DNA of 64,000 bases from Alphaproteobacteria bacterium (GTDB taxonomy: Bacteria > Pseudomonadota > Alphaproteobacteria > JAAXGF01): assembly GCA_963555825.3 (NCBI GenBank), contig CAUVXB020000001.1, positions 224,001 through 288,000 of the forward strand, read 5' to 3'. The position numbers and the translations under genes are program-made. The notes beneath the pieces are model-generated. The model had not been told where the DNA came from. It made no database searches and worked only from the letters and a program-made list of their open reading frames with translations. The number at the start of each line of letters is the position of its first letter. The first letter of the stretch is position 1. Positions 21,118 to 31,467 of this stretch are shown here, one piece after another.

Positions 21118-21801
21118 ATGTCGGGAGAACAGGAGTCGACCACGCTCACCCGCGATCTTCCCTTCGAGCCGGGGCGCTCCGGGCTCCTCGTGGTGGACAT
21201 GCAGAACCTTTGCGCGGCGCGCGGGCGCGGCGAAGACGCGGACGGCAAGGCGCCGCCCGACGACGACTACTATTCGCTTCTCGAGCGGACCGTGGTCCCC
21301 AACTGCAAGCTCCTGATAGAGGCGTTTCGCGCCCGCGGCCTCGAAGTCGTCTATACGGTTATCGAGAGCCTGACCCTCGACGGACGCGATCGGAGCCTCG
21401 ATCACAAGCTCTCCGGCTACCACGTTCCGAAGGGCTCGGAGGACGCGCGGGTGGTAGAGCCGCTTGCGCCCGCCGGTGACGAGATCGTGCTACCGAAAAC
21501 CGCCTCGGGTGTCTTCAACGCCACCAACATCGAGTACGTACTGCGCAACATCGGCATCGATCGGATCGCCATCTGCGGCGTCTACACCAATCAGTGCGTG
21601 GAGTCCGCCGTTCGCGACGCGGCGGATCGGGGCTTTTTAGTCACACTGGTCGAGGACGCCTGCGCGGCCATCAACCAGGACGCCCACAATGCTGCTTTGA
21701 AGACACTCGCGGGCTACGCCCGAGTACTCACGACCGCCGAGCTGCTCTCGGAACTCGACGCGGTCAAGACTGCGCATTACCAATCCCCCATGGGTGTGTA
21801 A
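21118..21801 (+). CDS. Isochorismatase-family cysteine hydrolase
   Basis: LLVVDMQN (Asp), LPKTASGVF (Lys) and TNQCVESAVRDA (Cys) triad. Confidence 0.92.
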   Translation: MSGEQESTTLTRDLPFEPGRSGLLVVDMQNLCAARGRGEDADGKAPPDDDYYSLLERTVVPNCKLLIEAFRARGLEVVYTVIESLTLDGRDRSLDHKLSGYHVPKGSEDARVVEPLAPAGDEIVLPKTASGVFNATNIEYVLRNIGIDRIAICGVYTNQCVESAVRDAADRGFLVTLVEDACAAINQDAHNAALKTLAGYARVLTTAELLSELDAVKTAHYQSPMGV

Positions 21802-22014
21802 TCCGCTGCTCTACCGATTTTTGACGACTCGGAATCGTCTGGTAGGTTCAACAGCGTGACTCGCGCGCGAGGACCATCCATCGAATTCGAGACTAGGCCA
21901 GCCTTCATGAGTAAACGCAAGAGGAGCAAGACGGTGAGACGGCGTCGTGTCCGCTTGTCCGATCGCCGCGAGTGGGTCGGCGGAAGTCGGACCATGCCCG
22001 CGTGGTCAAAAGAC

Positions 22015-22086
22015 TCATGCAGCTTCATGATAGTAGCACTTGAGCAGCCCACCGAGCCGTTCCCGGCAGACAACTTCTCCAGCGTC
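22015..22086 (-). pseudogene. C-terminal remnant of an integrase-core transposase
   Basis: My translation GEVVCRERLGGLLKCYYHEAA* resembles the LGGLL..Y tail of rve-type transposases. Confidence 0.55.
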
Positions 22087-22185
22087 TGATCGCACGATTG
22101 ATGTTGATCAATCTGCCGGGGCCCTCACAGCACTCGCATGTCTGCTCGCCCGTCAGGCGGCGCGCGAGTTCCTTGCACCTCCTCT

Positions 22186-22250
22186 ACCCGCCTACGCCGA
22201 GAGCGTGATCTGGCCCGTCAGGAACGTGATCTGCTAAAAAAAGCGCTGGC
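22186..22250 (+). mobile_element. IS3 orfA internal fragment
   Basis: Matches the reverse complement of ~8102-8166 (RLRRERDLARQERDLLKKAL); cut by IS21. Confidence 0.8.
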
Positions 22251-22441
22251 TGTCAATGGCGGAGCAAAAAGGGACCACCGAGGCGGTGTAAGAAGGGACC
22301 ACTTGGCGGCTGCGGGCTTGTCCCCGTAGTCCACGGGAGGGCCCCGCGCGCGACGCGGCGTGCCCTCAACAGGCTGACGCGGCGGCGCGCGCGGGAGGGA
22401 CCTGTGGGCCCACGGGGTCAAGCGTGGGTTGGGTGGTCGGT

Positions 22442-23206
22442 TCAGTTCGCCGTCGGGGTTTGACGCCTGCGGCTCTGGTTGAGCCTGTAGCTGTCACCGT
22501 TCATCTCGAGGATGTTGACGTGGTGGGTGAGGCGGTCGAGGAGAGCGCCGGTGAGGCGCTCGGAGCCGAACACCTCGGTCCATTCGTCGAAGGGCAGATT
22601 GGTGGTGACCAGGGTCGAGCCCCGCTCGTAGCGTTGGCTGAACACCTCGAACAACAGCTCGGCGCCGGTCTTCGACAGCGGCACGAAGCCGAGTTCGTCG
22701 ACGATCAGAAGCTTGTAGGTGGCGAGCTTCTTCTGGAACCTCAGCAGCTGCTTGTCATCGCGGGCCTCGATGAGTTCGTGGACCAGCGCGGCGGCGGTGA
22801 TGAAGCCGACCGAGAGGCCCTTCTGGCAGGCCGCCAGGCCGAGACCGAGGGCGATGTGGGTCTTGCCGGTCCCACTGTTGCCGAGCGCGATGAGGTTCTC
22901 GCGGCGCTCGATGTACTCGCAGCGGGCCAGCTCCAGGACCAGCGCCTTGTTGAGCGAGGGGATGACCTTGAAGTCGAAGCTGTCGAGGCTCTTGACCACG
23001 GGGAAGCGCGCCGCCTTGATGCGCCGCTCGACCATGCGGCGCTCGCGGTCGATCAGCTCGAGCTCGGCGAGTCTCAACAGGTAGCGGACGTGATCGACGC
23101 CTTCCGAGGCGCACTGCCGGGCGATCTTGTCGTACTCGCGCAGGAAGGTCGGCAGCTTCAGCGTCTTGAGGTGGTGGGCGAGCAGCACTTGCGGTGTGTC
23201 GGTCAT
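22442..23206 (-). CDS. istB: IS21 ATP-binding helper
   Basis: GNSGTGKTH, LLIVDELG, TTNLPF and LLDRLTHH motifs. Confidence 0.95.
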   Translation of the reverse strand: MTDTPQVLLAHHLKTLKLPTFLREYDKIARQCASEGVDHVRYLLRLAELELIDRERRMVERRIKAARFPVVKSLDSFDFKVIPSLNKALVLELARCEYIERRENLIALGNSGTGKTHIALGLGLAACQKGLSVGFITAAALVHELIEARDDKQLLRFQKKLATYKLLIVDELGFVPLSKTGAELLFEVFSQRYERGSTLVTTNLPFDEWTEVFGSERLTGALLDRLTHHVNILEMNGDSYRLNQSRRRQTPTAN

Positions 23207-24702
23207 GCGCCGAGCCCCGACAGCAGGCTCATGTACGACTTGGCGGACGTCATCGCGACCCGGGCGCGCGGCAGATACGGATAGACGTCGAGGTTGAGCC
23301 TGGGCGGCCGCCGCTCGATGCGGCACAGTACCAGGTGCTTCACCGCATCAAAGCCGATTGCGCCGAGCCGCAGGGCGTCGCCGACCGCACCCTCGACCTC
23401 CTCGAGCCGGAAGGTCTCCAGTAGACGGAGCACCTGGACGTACTCGCGCTTGCCTGCCTTGCCCATACGAGCTTCGAGGAGCCGCCGCAGAGTGATGAAG
23501 GCCTCGGGCAGGTCCCAGCCCGCCAATGGCGCGGCCTGGTCGAGGGCGCCGATCTTCTGCTCGATCAAGGGCAGGTAATGCAGCGGGTCGAAGATCAGGT
23601 CCTCGCTGTCGTAGGACCGGCGGTGCCGGGCGATCACCTCGGCCCCGCAGCTGATCACCACCTCATCGACGTAGCCCCGGATGAGCACCTCACGGTGGCC
23701 GTAGGCCACGGGCACGGAATAGTCGTTGCTGCGGTAACGCACCAGCGACAGCGAACTCGCCCGTCCAGGGCGCTTATCGCAGGCATCATAGGGAGCAGGC
23801 GGCAATGGCAAGAGAACTTGACGATCCCGCTCGAGACGCTCGCCGATGGTCTCCTTGTGGCCCCGCAGCCGCGCCGCCTGGCGCCGGCGGCACTGTTCGG
23901 CGAGAGCATCGTTGAGGGCCGCGAAGCTCTCGGCACGCGGGACGGGGACCAGGAAGTTCCGCCGGATGAAGCCGACCAGTCCCTCGACCTTGCCCTTGTC
24001 GTTGCCCTTGCCCGGCCGGCCGAACCTGTCCTCGAACAGATAGTGGGACTGAAGCTCCGTGAAGACGCGCGTTCGCTGCCGCTTCCCATCGCCCAGGATC
24101 CGGGCAACCGCCAGCTTGGTGTTGTCGTACAGGATGGATCGGGGGACGCCGCCGAAGAAGGCAAACGCCGCGTTGTGGCCATCGCAGAATGCTTCGGTCG
24201 TCTCCGCCGGATAGGCCGCAACAAAGCAACCATCACTGTGGGGAAGGTCGAAGGCAAGGAAGTGGATCTTCCGTAACGCGCCGCCGATCACCGCCATCGC
24301 TTCGCCGAAGTCCGCCTGGGCGTGACCGGGGGAATGGGAGAGTGGCACGAACACCTCACGCGACCGAAGCCCCTGCTCACGAACGTAGTCCTTCACGATG
24401 GTGTAGCCGCCCGTGAAACCGTACTCGTCCCGGAGGCGGTCGAAGATGCGCTTCGCAGTGTGCCGTTGCTTGCGGTGGCTGGTCCGATCGTCTTCCAAGA
24501 TCCGATCGATGATTCCCGTGAACGGACCCAGCTTTGGCCGCCTCGGCGGCGCGCTTCGGCGATACCCTGGCGGCACCGAGAACGACAGCATCTTACGGAC
24601 CGTCTTGCGGTCTACACCAAACACCCGCGAGGCCTCGCGGGTGCTCATCCCCTCGACATGACACGCCCGCCGAACCCGTGCGTACAACTCCACCCGATAC
24701 AT
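23203..24702 (-). CDS. istA: IS21 transposase
   Basis: AQADFG, GGVPRSILYDN and KGKVEG motifs; ATGA overlap with istB. Confidence 0.95.
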   Translation of the reverse strand: MYRVELYARVRRACHVEGMSTREASRVFGVDRKTVRKMLSFSVPPGYRRSAPPRRPKLGPFTGIIDRILEDDRTSHRKQRHTAKRIFDRLRDEYGFTGGYTIVKDYVREQGLRSREVFVPLSHSPGHAQADFGEAMAVIGGALRKIHFLAFDLPHSDGCFVAAYPAETTEAFCDGHNAAFAFFGGVPRSILYDNTKLAVARILGDGKRQRTRVFTELQSHYLFEDRFGRPGKGNDKGKVEGLVGFIRRNFLVPVPRAESFAALNDALAEQCRRRQAARLRGHKETIGERLERDRQVLLPLPPAPYDACDKRPGRASSLSLVRYRSNDYSVPVAYGHREVLIRGYVDEVVISCGAEVIARHRRSYDSEDLIFDPLHYLPLIEQKIGALDQAAPLAGWDLPEAFITLRRLLEARMGKAGKREYVQVLRLLETFRLEEVEGAVGDALRLGAIGFDAVKHLVLCRIERRPPRLNLDVYPYLPRARVAMTSAKSYMSLLSGLGA

Positions 24703-24820
24703 CCCCCCCGCCTTCCAGTCAGAGCAACCCTGACAGAAGGCTATACGCGGTCCCATTTTGGTCCGCCGCAGCCGGATCGACCGGCCGCTTCAGTGGGGGA
24801 TTATTGCTCTGCCGTTCTCA

Positions 24821-25271
24821 CTTCGACGGCTATTTCTCCTGGGGCGTGTTCGAGCACTTCGAGGAGGGGCTCGGGCGCTGCGTCGGCGAGGCGTACCGCC
24901 TGCTCAGGCCGGGCGGCCTGCTGTTCGTGACGGTGCCGTTCGACAACCTGCGGCTCGGCCTGCGCGCGGCCTGCGATTGGCGGCGCACGGGGCCGCCGGC
25001 CGGGACGCCGCGGCGCTTCTACCAGTGGCGGCTGACGCGCGCCGAGCTGCGCGAGGAACTCACCGGCGGCGGCTTCGAGGTGCTCGATCTGCGGCCGATC
25101 CACAAGCGCCAGGGCATCCTGCGCAGCCTGCATCACGAGTTCGGCCTCGACTATCGCTGGTTCGTCACGCGAGGCCTCAGCGTCGTGCTGCAGCCCTTTC
25201 TGCCCAGCGGGCTGGTCGCCCACATGCTGATGGCCGTGGCGCGCAAACCCGAGCGGCCCGGGGCCGACTGA
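24821..25271 (+). pseudogene. Class I SAM methyltransferase, 5'-truncated by IS21
   Basis: FDGYFSWGVFEHF...EAYRLLRPGGLLFVTVP begins right at the IS21 end. Confidence 0.8.
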
Positions 25272-25277
25272 GGAGCG

Positions 25278-26252
25278 ATGACCAAGCGGGCGTTGATTTT
25301 CGGTATCTCGGGTCAGGACGGCGCGTATTTGAGCCGCCTCCTGCTGGACAAGGGTTACGAGGTGTTCGGCACGTCGCGCGACGCCGAGCTCGCGTCATTC
25401 GCGGGGCTGACGCTGCTCGGGGTGCGCGAGCGCGTGACGGTCATGTCCGCCGCGCCCAAGGAGTTCCGCAGCGTGCTCCAGACGGTCGAGCGCGTCGCGC
25501 CGAGCGAGGTTTACAACTTAGGCGGGCAAAGTTCGGTCGGCCTGTCGTTCGAGCAACCGATCGCGACCCATGAGAGCATCACCACCAGCACGCTCAACAT
25601 CCTCGAGGCGGTGCGCGAGCTGGACCCCTCGATTCGCATCTACAGCGCGGCGAGCGGCGAGAGCTTCGGCGATACCGAAGGCGCCAACGAGGACACGCCG
25701 TTCAGGCCGTGCAGCCCCTATGCGGTGGCCAAGGCGGCGGCGTTCTGGCAGGTCGCCAACTACCGCGACGCATACGGACTGTTTGCATGCTCGGGCATCC
25801 TGTTCAACCACGAATCGCCCTTGCGGCCACAGCGTTTCGTCACCCGCAAGGTCGTCGCCGCGGCGGCACGCATCGCGGCGGGCAGCGAAGAGCGCCTCTT
25901 GCTCGGCGACCTCTCGATCTGCCGCGACTGGGGCTGGGCGCCCGAATACGTCGACGCCATGTGGCGCATGCTGCAACCGAACGTGCCCGACGATTACGTC
26001 ATCGCGACCGGCGCGGCATGCTCGCTCGAGGTCTTCGTCGCTGCCGCCTACGCCTACTTCGAGCTCGACTGGCGCGACCACGTCGACGTCGACGAGCGGC
26101 TGTTCCGCCCGGCCGAGATCGCCCGCGGCTTCGGCGACGCGGGCAAGGCGCGCGACGTGCTCGGCTGGCAGGCGGCGACGCGCATGCCCGAGGTGGTTCA
26201 CCGCATGGCCGAGGCCGAGGCCTCGGGGGCGGCATTGGGGGTGGCGCGATGA
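25278..26252 (+). CDS. gmd: GDP-mannose 4,6-dehydratase
   Basis: GISGQDGAYL, SPYAVAK, GILFNHESPLR and FVTRK motifs. Confidence 0.92.
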   Translation: MTKRALIFGISGQDGAYLSRLLLDKGYEVFGTSRDAELASFAGLTLLGVRERVTVMSAAPKEFRSVLQTVERVAPSEVYNLGGQSSVGLSFEQPIATHESITTSTLNILEAVRELDPSIRIYSAASGESFGDTEGANEDTPFRPCSPYAVAKAAAFWQVANYRDAYGLFACSGILFNHESPLRPQRFVTRKVVAAAARIAAGSEERLLLGDLSICRDWGWAPEYVDAMWRMLQPNVPDDYVIATGAACSLEVFVAAAYAYFELDWRDHVDVDERLFRPAEIARGFGDAGKARDVLGWQAATRMPEVVHRMAEAEASGAALGVAR

Positions 26253-27361
26253 ACGGGCTCAAGCCGCTCGCCCGCGCGGCGCGCTCGCACGTCATGTGTC
26301 TGCCCTGGCGCGTGCTCTCGGCGGTTGGCGCGGTGGGCCCGGCCACGCCGCCCGTCGCCTTCGTCATCGAACGCGCCGACTGGGTGATTCGCCGGGTCGG
26401 CGAGTACGTCTGCGCCGAGGTCGAGCGCCTGGCACCGGGCACTGCCGCGGTGTCGGTCAATCCCGAGCGTCTCCAGGGGCGCGTCGTGCATTTCGGTTCG
26501 CAGTACATGTGGCTTGCCTGGGGCGGCGCCATGGGCCGCTCGAACCGCTATGTCACCTCGTTCTTCCACGGCAAGCCCGAGGACGGCCCCGACGTCGCGC
26601 GGCACATCGAGGCGATGCTCGCGAGCGTGCCGCGGCTCGACCGCATTGTCACTGCGGCGAGCCTCGTCGAACGTCGGCTGCTGGACTGGGGCGTGCCGCG
26701 CGACAAGGTCGTGCGTATCCCGATTGGCGTCGACACGACGCTGTTCACGCCGCCCGACGCCGCACGCAAGGCGGCGGCGCGCGCGGCCTTCGGCGTCGGC
26801 GAGGACCGCGTCGTCGTCGGCTCGTTCCAGAAGGACGGTGTTGGCTGGGGCGAGGGGTTCGAGCCCAAGTTGATCAAGGGTCCCGACGTGCTGCTCGCGG
26901 TGATCGACCAGTTGCGCCGCGAGCTGCCGCTGTTCGTGCTGGTGACCGGACCGGCGCGCGGCTACGTCAAGCGCGGGCTCGAACGCATGGGCGTGCCCTA
27001 TGCCCATACTTATGTCAACAGCCTCGCCGAACTGGTGCCCTGCTACCACGCGCTCGACATCTATCTTATGACCTCGCGTGAGGAGGGCGGGCCGATGGGG
27101 CTGATGGAGAGCATGGCGTGCGGCGTGCCGGTCGTCTCGACTGCGGTTGGCATGGCGCCCGATCTGATCGTACCCGGCGAGACCGGCGGGCTGGTCGAGC
27201 CCGAGGACGTCGATGGGCTGTGCGCGGCGACGCTGAAGTTGCTCGATGCCGAGGACGGCGGCGCGGCGCAGTGCGGTGCGGCGCGCGAAGCGGTCATGGC
27301 CTGTGACTGGCGCGTCGTCTGTCGCGACCACCTGGAAAAAGTTTACGCGCCGCTGCTGTGA
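26249..27361 (+). CDS. GT4 glycosyltransferase
   Basis: GSFQKDG, KGPD and SREEGGPMGLMESMACGVPVV; ATGA overlap with gmd. Confidence 0.88.
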   Translation: MNGLKPLARAARSHVMCLPWRVLSAVGAVGPATPPVAFVIERADWVIRRVGEYVCAEVERLAPGTAAVSVNPERLQGRVVHFGSQYMWLAWGGAMGRSNRYVTSFFHGKPEDGPDVARHIEAMLASVPRLDRIVTAASLVERRLLDWGVPRDKVVRIPIGVDTTLFTPPDAARKAAARAAFGVGEDRVVVGSFQKDGVGWGEGFEPKLIKGPDVLLAVIDQLRRELPLFVLVTGPARGYVKRGLERMGVPYAHTYVNSLAELVPCYHALDIYLMTSREEGGPMGLMESMACGVPVVSTAVGMAPDLIVPGETGGLVEPEDVDGLCAATLKLLDAEDGGAAQCGAAREAVMACDWRVVCRDHLEKVYAPLL

Positions 27362-28461
27362 GCGCTATCTTCGAAGACCCGCCGGCGAAGCGGCTGTTGC
27401 GCGCTGGTTACCGCCTGCGACTCGGCCTCTATGTCGCTGCGACGCCGATCGGCGGCGGACCCGAGCCGCGCGTCTTCTATGGCGGCGCACGTGCCGGCGA
27501 CCGCGGCGGGCCGCTGGTCAAGGTCAAGCGTCTGCGGGCATACTTTCCGGAGCGCCGCTGGGGCTTCAACCTCGTCTATACGCTGAGCAACGCACCCTAT
27601 CTGCCGCGGTATGCGCTCGAGCGAATCAAGACACGTGGCGTGCCGATCGTGAGCAACCAGAACGGCGTCTTCTACCCGGCCTGGTATGCCGGAGACTGGC
27701 GCGGGAAGAACGCTGAGATGGCGCATGCCTTCCACCTCGCCGACCACGTCTTCTGGCAGAGCGAGTTCTGCCGGCGCGCGACCGATCGGTTCCTCGGACC
27801 GCGCCAGGGCGCGGGGGAAGTACTCTACAATGCTGTCGACACCGGTCGGTTTCGCCCCGCCGACGCGGCCCCAGGCGCGCGGCAATTCACGTTCCTGGTC
27901 TCGGGCAAGATCGATGGTCACCTGTTCTATCGCATCGAGGCCAGCCGGCGCGGGCTGGCGCTCGCCCGCGCCGGTGGCCTCGACGCGAGGCTCATGCTTG
28001 CCGGTGTGATCTCGGACGAGGAGCAGGCTCGGTGGCGAAGCCTCGTCGACAAACTCGATCTCGTCAACGCGGCCTTCTACGTCGGACCCTACACACAGGA
28101 GACCGCGCCGCTCGTCTACCAATCGGCTGACGCCTTCCTGATGCTCAAGCACAACGATCCATGCCCCAACACTGTGCTTGAGGCGATGGCCTGCGGCCTG
28201 CCCGTTCTCTATTCGGCGTCGGGCGGTTTGCCCGAACTGGTCGGCGACGACGCAGGCGTCGGCCTGGCCTGCGACGAAGACTGGGAGCGGCCGCACTGGC
28301 CCGAGCCCGAGGCCGTCGCCGGCGGCATGGCGTCGATCGTTGCGGCGCACGGCAGCCAGAGTGCGGCAGCCCGACGGAGCGCCGTCGAGCGCTTCGACAT
28401 CGCGCCCTGGATCGAGCGGCATCGCCTTGTTTCCGCCGACCTCATCGGGACGCGTCGATGA
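27358..28461 (+). CDS. GT4 glycosyltransferase
   Basis: LYNAVDT and DPCPNTVLEAMACGLPV..S..GGLPELV motifs. Confidence 0.88.
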   Translation: MSAIFEDPPAKRLLRAGYRLRLGLYVAATPIGGGPEPRVFYGGARAGDRGGPLVKVKRLRAYFPERRWGFNLVYTLSNAPYLPRYALERIKTRGVPIVSNQNGVFYPAWYAGDWRGKNAEMAHAFHLADHVFWQSEFCRRATDRFLGPRQGAGEVLYNAVDTGRFRPADAAPGARQFTFLVSGKIDGHLFYRIEASRRGLALARAGGLDARLMLAGVISDEEQARWRSLVDKLDLVNAAFYVGPYTQETAPLVYQSADAFLMLKHNDPCPNTVLEAMACGLPVLYSASGGLPELVGDDAGVGLACDEDWERPHWPEPEAVAGGMASIVAAHGSQSAAARRSAVERFDIAPWIERHRLVSADLIGTRR

Positions 28462-29177
28462 AGCGCATCGCCAAGCGAATGACATTGGCGTTGGCCGTGG
28501 CGCTGTCATGGTTGTACCGCTTGATCCCGGTCGGCGCACTCAAGCGGCTGTTCCGCGTACAGGACGACGTCCAGCTCATAATCAACGAGCGCGCCCTGGC
28601 GTTCGGCGGCGGCGAGCATCCTAAACATCGGCTGATGCGCTACCACGACTTCTTCGTCACGCGCATCCCGCCCGGCGCGCGGGTACTCGACATCGGCTGC
28701 GGTTACGGCGCCGTCGCGCGCAGCGTGGCGCGCGGCGTCGAGGGTGCCGAGGTGACCGGCATCGACAACAACCCCGAGCGCATCCGCGAGGCGCGTGCGG
28801 CCGACAACCCGGCAAACCTCGCCTTCGTCGAGGGTGACGCGCTCGTCGATCTGCCGGTGGGCGACTGGCACACGATCGTGCTGTCAAACGTCCTCGAGCA
28901 CATCGATCTGCGCGTCGAATTCCTCAGGCGGCTCCGCGACGTGCTCGCGCCCGCGCAGATCCTCGTCCGCGTCCCGCTGTTCGAACGCGACTGGCAGATT
29001 CCCATGCGCCGCGAGCTCGGCGTCGGCTATTTCTCCGACCCGACGCATTTCATCGAGCATACGCTCGACGAGTTCGACGCCGAGATGGCGGCGGCGAACC
29101 TCGTCGTCGTCGAACGCGTCACCATGTGGGGCGAGATCTGGGCCGCCTGCCGGCCGCGCGTGCACGCCGAGCGATGA
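28458..29177 (+). CDS. Class I SAM-dependent methyltransferase
   Basis: VLDIGCGYG, SNVLEHI and DPTH motifs. Confidence 0.88.
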   Translation: MKRIAKRMTLALAVALSWLYRLIPVGALKRLFRVQDDVQLIINERALAFGGGEHPKHRLMRYHDFFVTRIPPGARVLDIGCGYGAVARSVARGVEGAEVTGIDNNPERIREARAADNPANLAFVEGDALVDLPVGDWHTIVLSNVLEHIDLRVEFLRRLRDVLAPAQILVRVPLFERDWQIPMRRELGVGYFSDPTHFIEHTLDEFDAEMAAANLVVVERVTMWGEIWAACRPRVHAER

Positions 29178-30034
29178 GTGATCGGCGGGTCAGCGTCATC
29201 CTGCCCTGTTACAACGCCCATCGCGATCTCGGCAGGGCGCTCGATAGCGTGCGCGCTCAGACCGTGGCGGCCGACGAGATCATCGTCGTCGACGACGGGT
29301 CGACCGACCCCGCATGCGTCGCCTATCTCGACGCGCTGCCCGGCGACGTACGGGTGGTGCGCCAGGCCAACAAGGGCCTGCCCGGCGCGCGCAACGCCGG
29401 GTTTCGTGAGGCGACGGGTGATTGCGTCGTGCCGCTCGATTGCGACGACGTCCTCGATCCGCGCTTCGTCGAGAAGCTGCTCGCGGCGCTGACCGCCAGC
29501 GAGGACGCGGGTTACGCCTTCTGCCACATGACGCTGCGCGGCGAGAAATCGGGCACGCTTTGCTCGAACTTCAACCTCTTCGAGCAGTTGTTCCTGGATC
29601 ACGTGCCCTATTGCATCCTGATCGAAAAGCGGGTGTGGCAAGAGATCGGCGGCTATGATGAATCGATGCGCGATGGCAAGGAAGACTGGGAATTCAACCT
29701 CAGCCTGGCGACCCATGGTTATTACGGCGTGCTAGTCGACGAACCGCTGTTCCACTACAACGTGAGTGGCCAGGGCATGCTGCAGAGCACCAGCAACCGC
29801 TCACATGCCCAGCTGGCGAAATACATCCGCACCAAGCACGCAGGGCTCTTTGGGCTCAACTCGGTGCTGCGCATTTGGCAGCGCTGGAAGACGCAAGCCT
29901 TCACCTACCCGAAATCGGTCTCCATCGTTCTTTTCCTGATGTACAAAATTTTGCCGGACTGGCTGGTCAATCGCCTGTTCCGCGCCCTGTTGTCCTATTC
30001 GCAGTCGAACCGTCCACGGCGAGCCCCACCGTGA
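29174..30034 (+). CDS. GT2 glycosyltransferase
   Basis: VSVILPCYN, VVDDGSTD, NKGLPGARNAG, LDCDD and EDW motifs. Confidence 0.9.
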   Translation: MSDRRVSVILPCYNAHRDLGRALDSVRAQTVAADEIIVVDDGSTDPACVAYLDALPGDVRVVRQANKGLPGARNAGFREATGDCVVPLDCDDVLDPRFVEKLLAALTASEDAGYAFCHMTLRGEKSGTLCSNFNLFEQLFLDHVPYCILIEKRVWQEIGGYDESMRDGKEDWEFNLSLATHGYYGVLVDEPLFHYNVSGQGMLQSTSNRSHAQLAKYIRTKHAGLFGLNSVLRIWQRWKTQAFTYPKSVSIVLFLMYKILPDWLVNRLFRALLSYSQSNRPRRAPP

Positions 30035-30468
30035 CGCTGGGCGATATCGGCTAGGGCGCCCCCAGGCGCATCCCCGGTGTTCCCATCGGACGGCAGTTGT
30101 TGCCGGCTGCCATACCGAACCTCAATCATTGGCAACAGCAATCTCCATCATTTAGGGCGGTTTCGTGCTGCCTTTTTGCGGCCAGCCGTAGCCTGGTCTT
30201 CAAACGCGTTCGCGAGCAACCGCCGCACGGCACAGGAGCGATCAGCTGAATGTTCTCGTCATCCGCCGCCCAAAACCGAGCTCGAGGTAGCCTGATGTTG
30301 ACGGTTGTGCGATGGCCGCGGCTGATCCTACCTTGACATCGATTGCAGTTTCAGGCGATGGCCTGTGGTCGGGGTCGTGTCGCTTTTTGATTTGGTGCAG
30401 CGCTCACGCGGCGATGCCGACGGTCGAGAGAATGCAGCGAAAGTTCGAGTCTCAACGAGGTGCTGACG

Positions 30469-31467
30469 ATGCCCGCTGACGGAACGATTTTAGTCACGGG
30501 CGGCGCGGGATACGTTGGCAGTCACGTTGTTTTGGCCCTGATCGACGCGGACTATCGTGTGGTCGTGCTCGATGATCTTTCGACGGGGTTCCGTGACGCC
30601 GTCGCCGCCGATGCAACTTTCGTCGAGGGGGACGCCGGCGATTTGACGCTTACCGATGTGCTAATCGGCGAGCACGGAATCGATGCGGTCATTCATCTGG
30701 CCGCGTCTTCCCTTGTGGAAGAATCGATGGTGCGGCCGCTCGATTACTATCTCAACAATGTCGTCAAGACGCGCGAGCTCATCGCCTCCTGCCTTGCGCA
30801 TGGTATCCGCCATTTCGTGTTTTCGTCGAGCGCGGCGGTTTACGGCGCGCCGGCCGAACAGCCGATCTCCGAGGACGCGCCAAAAGTGCCCGTCAACCCC
30901 TATGGTCGCTCGAAGCTGATATGCGAGTGGATGCTTCGAGACGTCGATGCAACGTCGGCTTTGCGCTACGTGGCGATACGTTACTTCAACGTCGCCGGCG
31001 CCGACCCCTCGGGGCGTACCGGCGAAAGCACGACGCACGCCACCCACCTCATCAAGGTGGCGAGCCAAGCCGTCGTCGGCATTCGGGACCACATCGAAAT
31101 CTACGGCGAGGATTACCCGACGCCGGATGGCACCTGTTTGCGCGACTACATCCACGCGAGCGACGTCGCAGATGCCCATGTCGCCGCGCTGACCCACCTG
31201 CGCCGCGGCGGCGAGAGCCTAACCCTCAATTGCGGCTACCAGCGCGGCTATTCGGTACGCGAGGTATTGGCCGCCGTCGAATACGTCGCCGGCCATAGCC
31301 TCGATATTCGGGGCGGCCCGCGTCGCCCAGGCGATCCGCCCGAACTGATCGCGGCGACCGCGCGGATCGCCGAGACGCTGGGCTGGTGCCCGCGTCACGA
31401 CGATCTCGACGTCATCGTGCGGAGCGCGATCGGTTGGGAGAAGAAGCTGGCCACGAAAGTAGGATAA
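30469..31467 (+). CDS. galE: UDP-glucose 4-epimerase
   Basis: TGGAGYVGSH, NPYGRSK, RYFNVAGA, TPDGTCLRDYIH and RRPGDP motifs. Confidence 0.95.
   Translation: MPADGTILVTGGAGYVGSHVVLALIDADYRVVVLDDLSTGFRDAVAADATFVEGDAGDLTLTDVLIGEHGIDAVIHLAASSLVEESMVRPLDYYLNNVVKTRELIASCLAHGIRHFVFSSSAAVYGAPAEQPISEDAPKVPVNPYGRSKLICEWMLRDVDATSALRYVAIRYFNVAGADPSGRTGESTTHATHLIKVASQAVVGIRDHIEIYGEDYPTPDGTCLRDYIHASDVADAHVAALTHLRRGGESLTLNCGYQRGYSVREVLAAVEYVAGHSLDIRGGPRRPGDPPELIAATARIAETLGWCPRHDDLDVIVRSAIGWEKKLATKVG

Larger units (their letters stand above)
22251..24820 (-). mobile_element. IS21-family element, copy 1
   Basis: TGTCAATGGCGG...CCGTTCTCA ends, istAB; near-identical to 47570-50139; no target duplication. Confidence 0.93.

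Noticed and set aside
30035-30460. Riboswitch or ncRNA upstream of galE
   Set aside because: No family motif or convincing structure recognised by eye; an Rfam scan would be needed.
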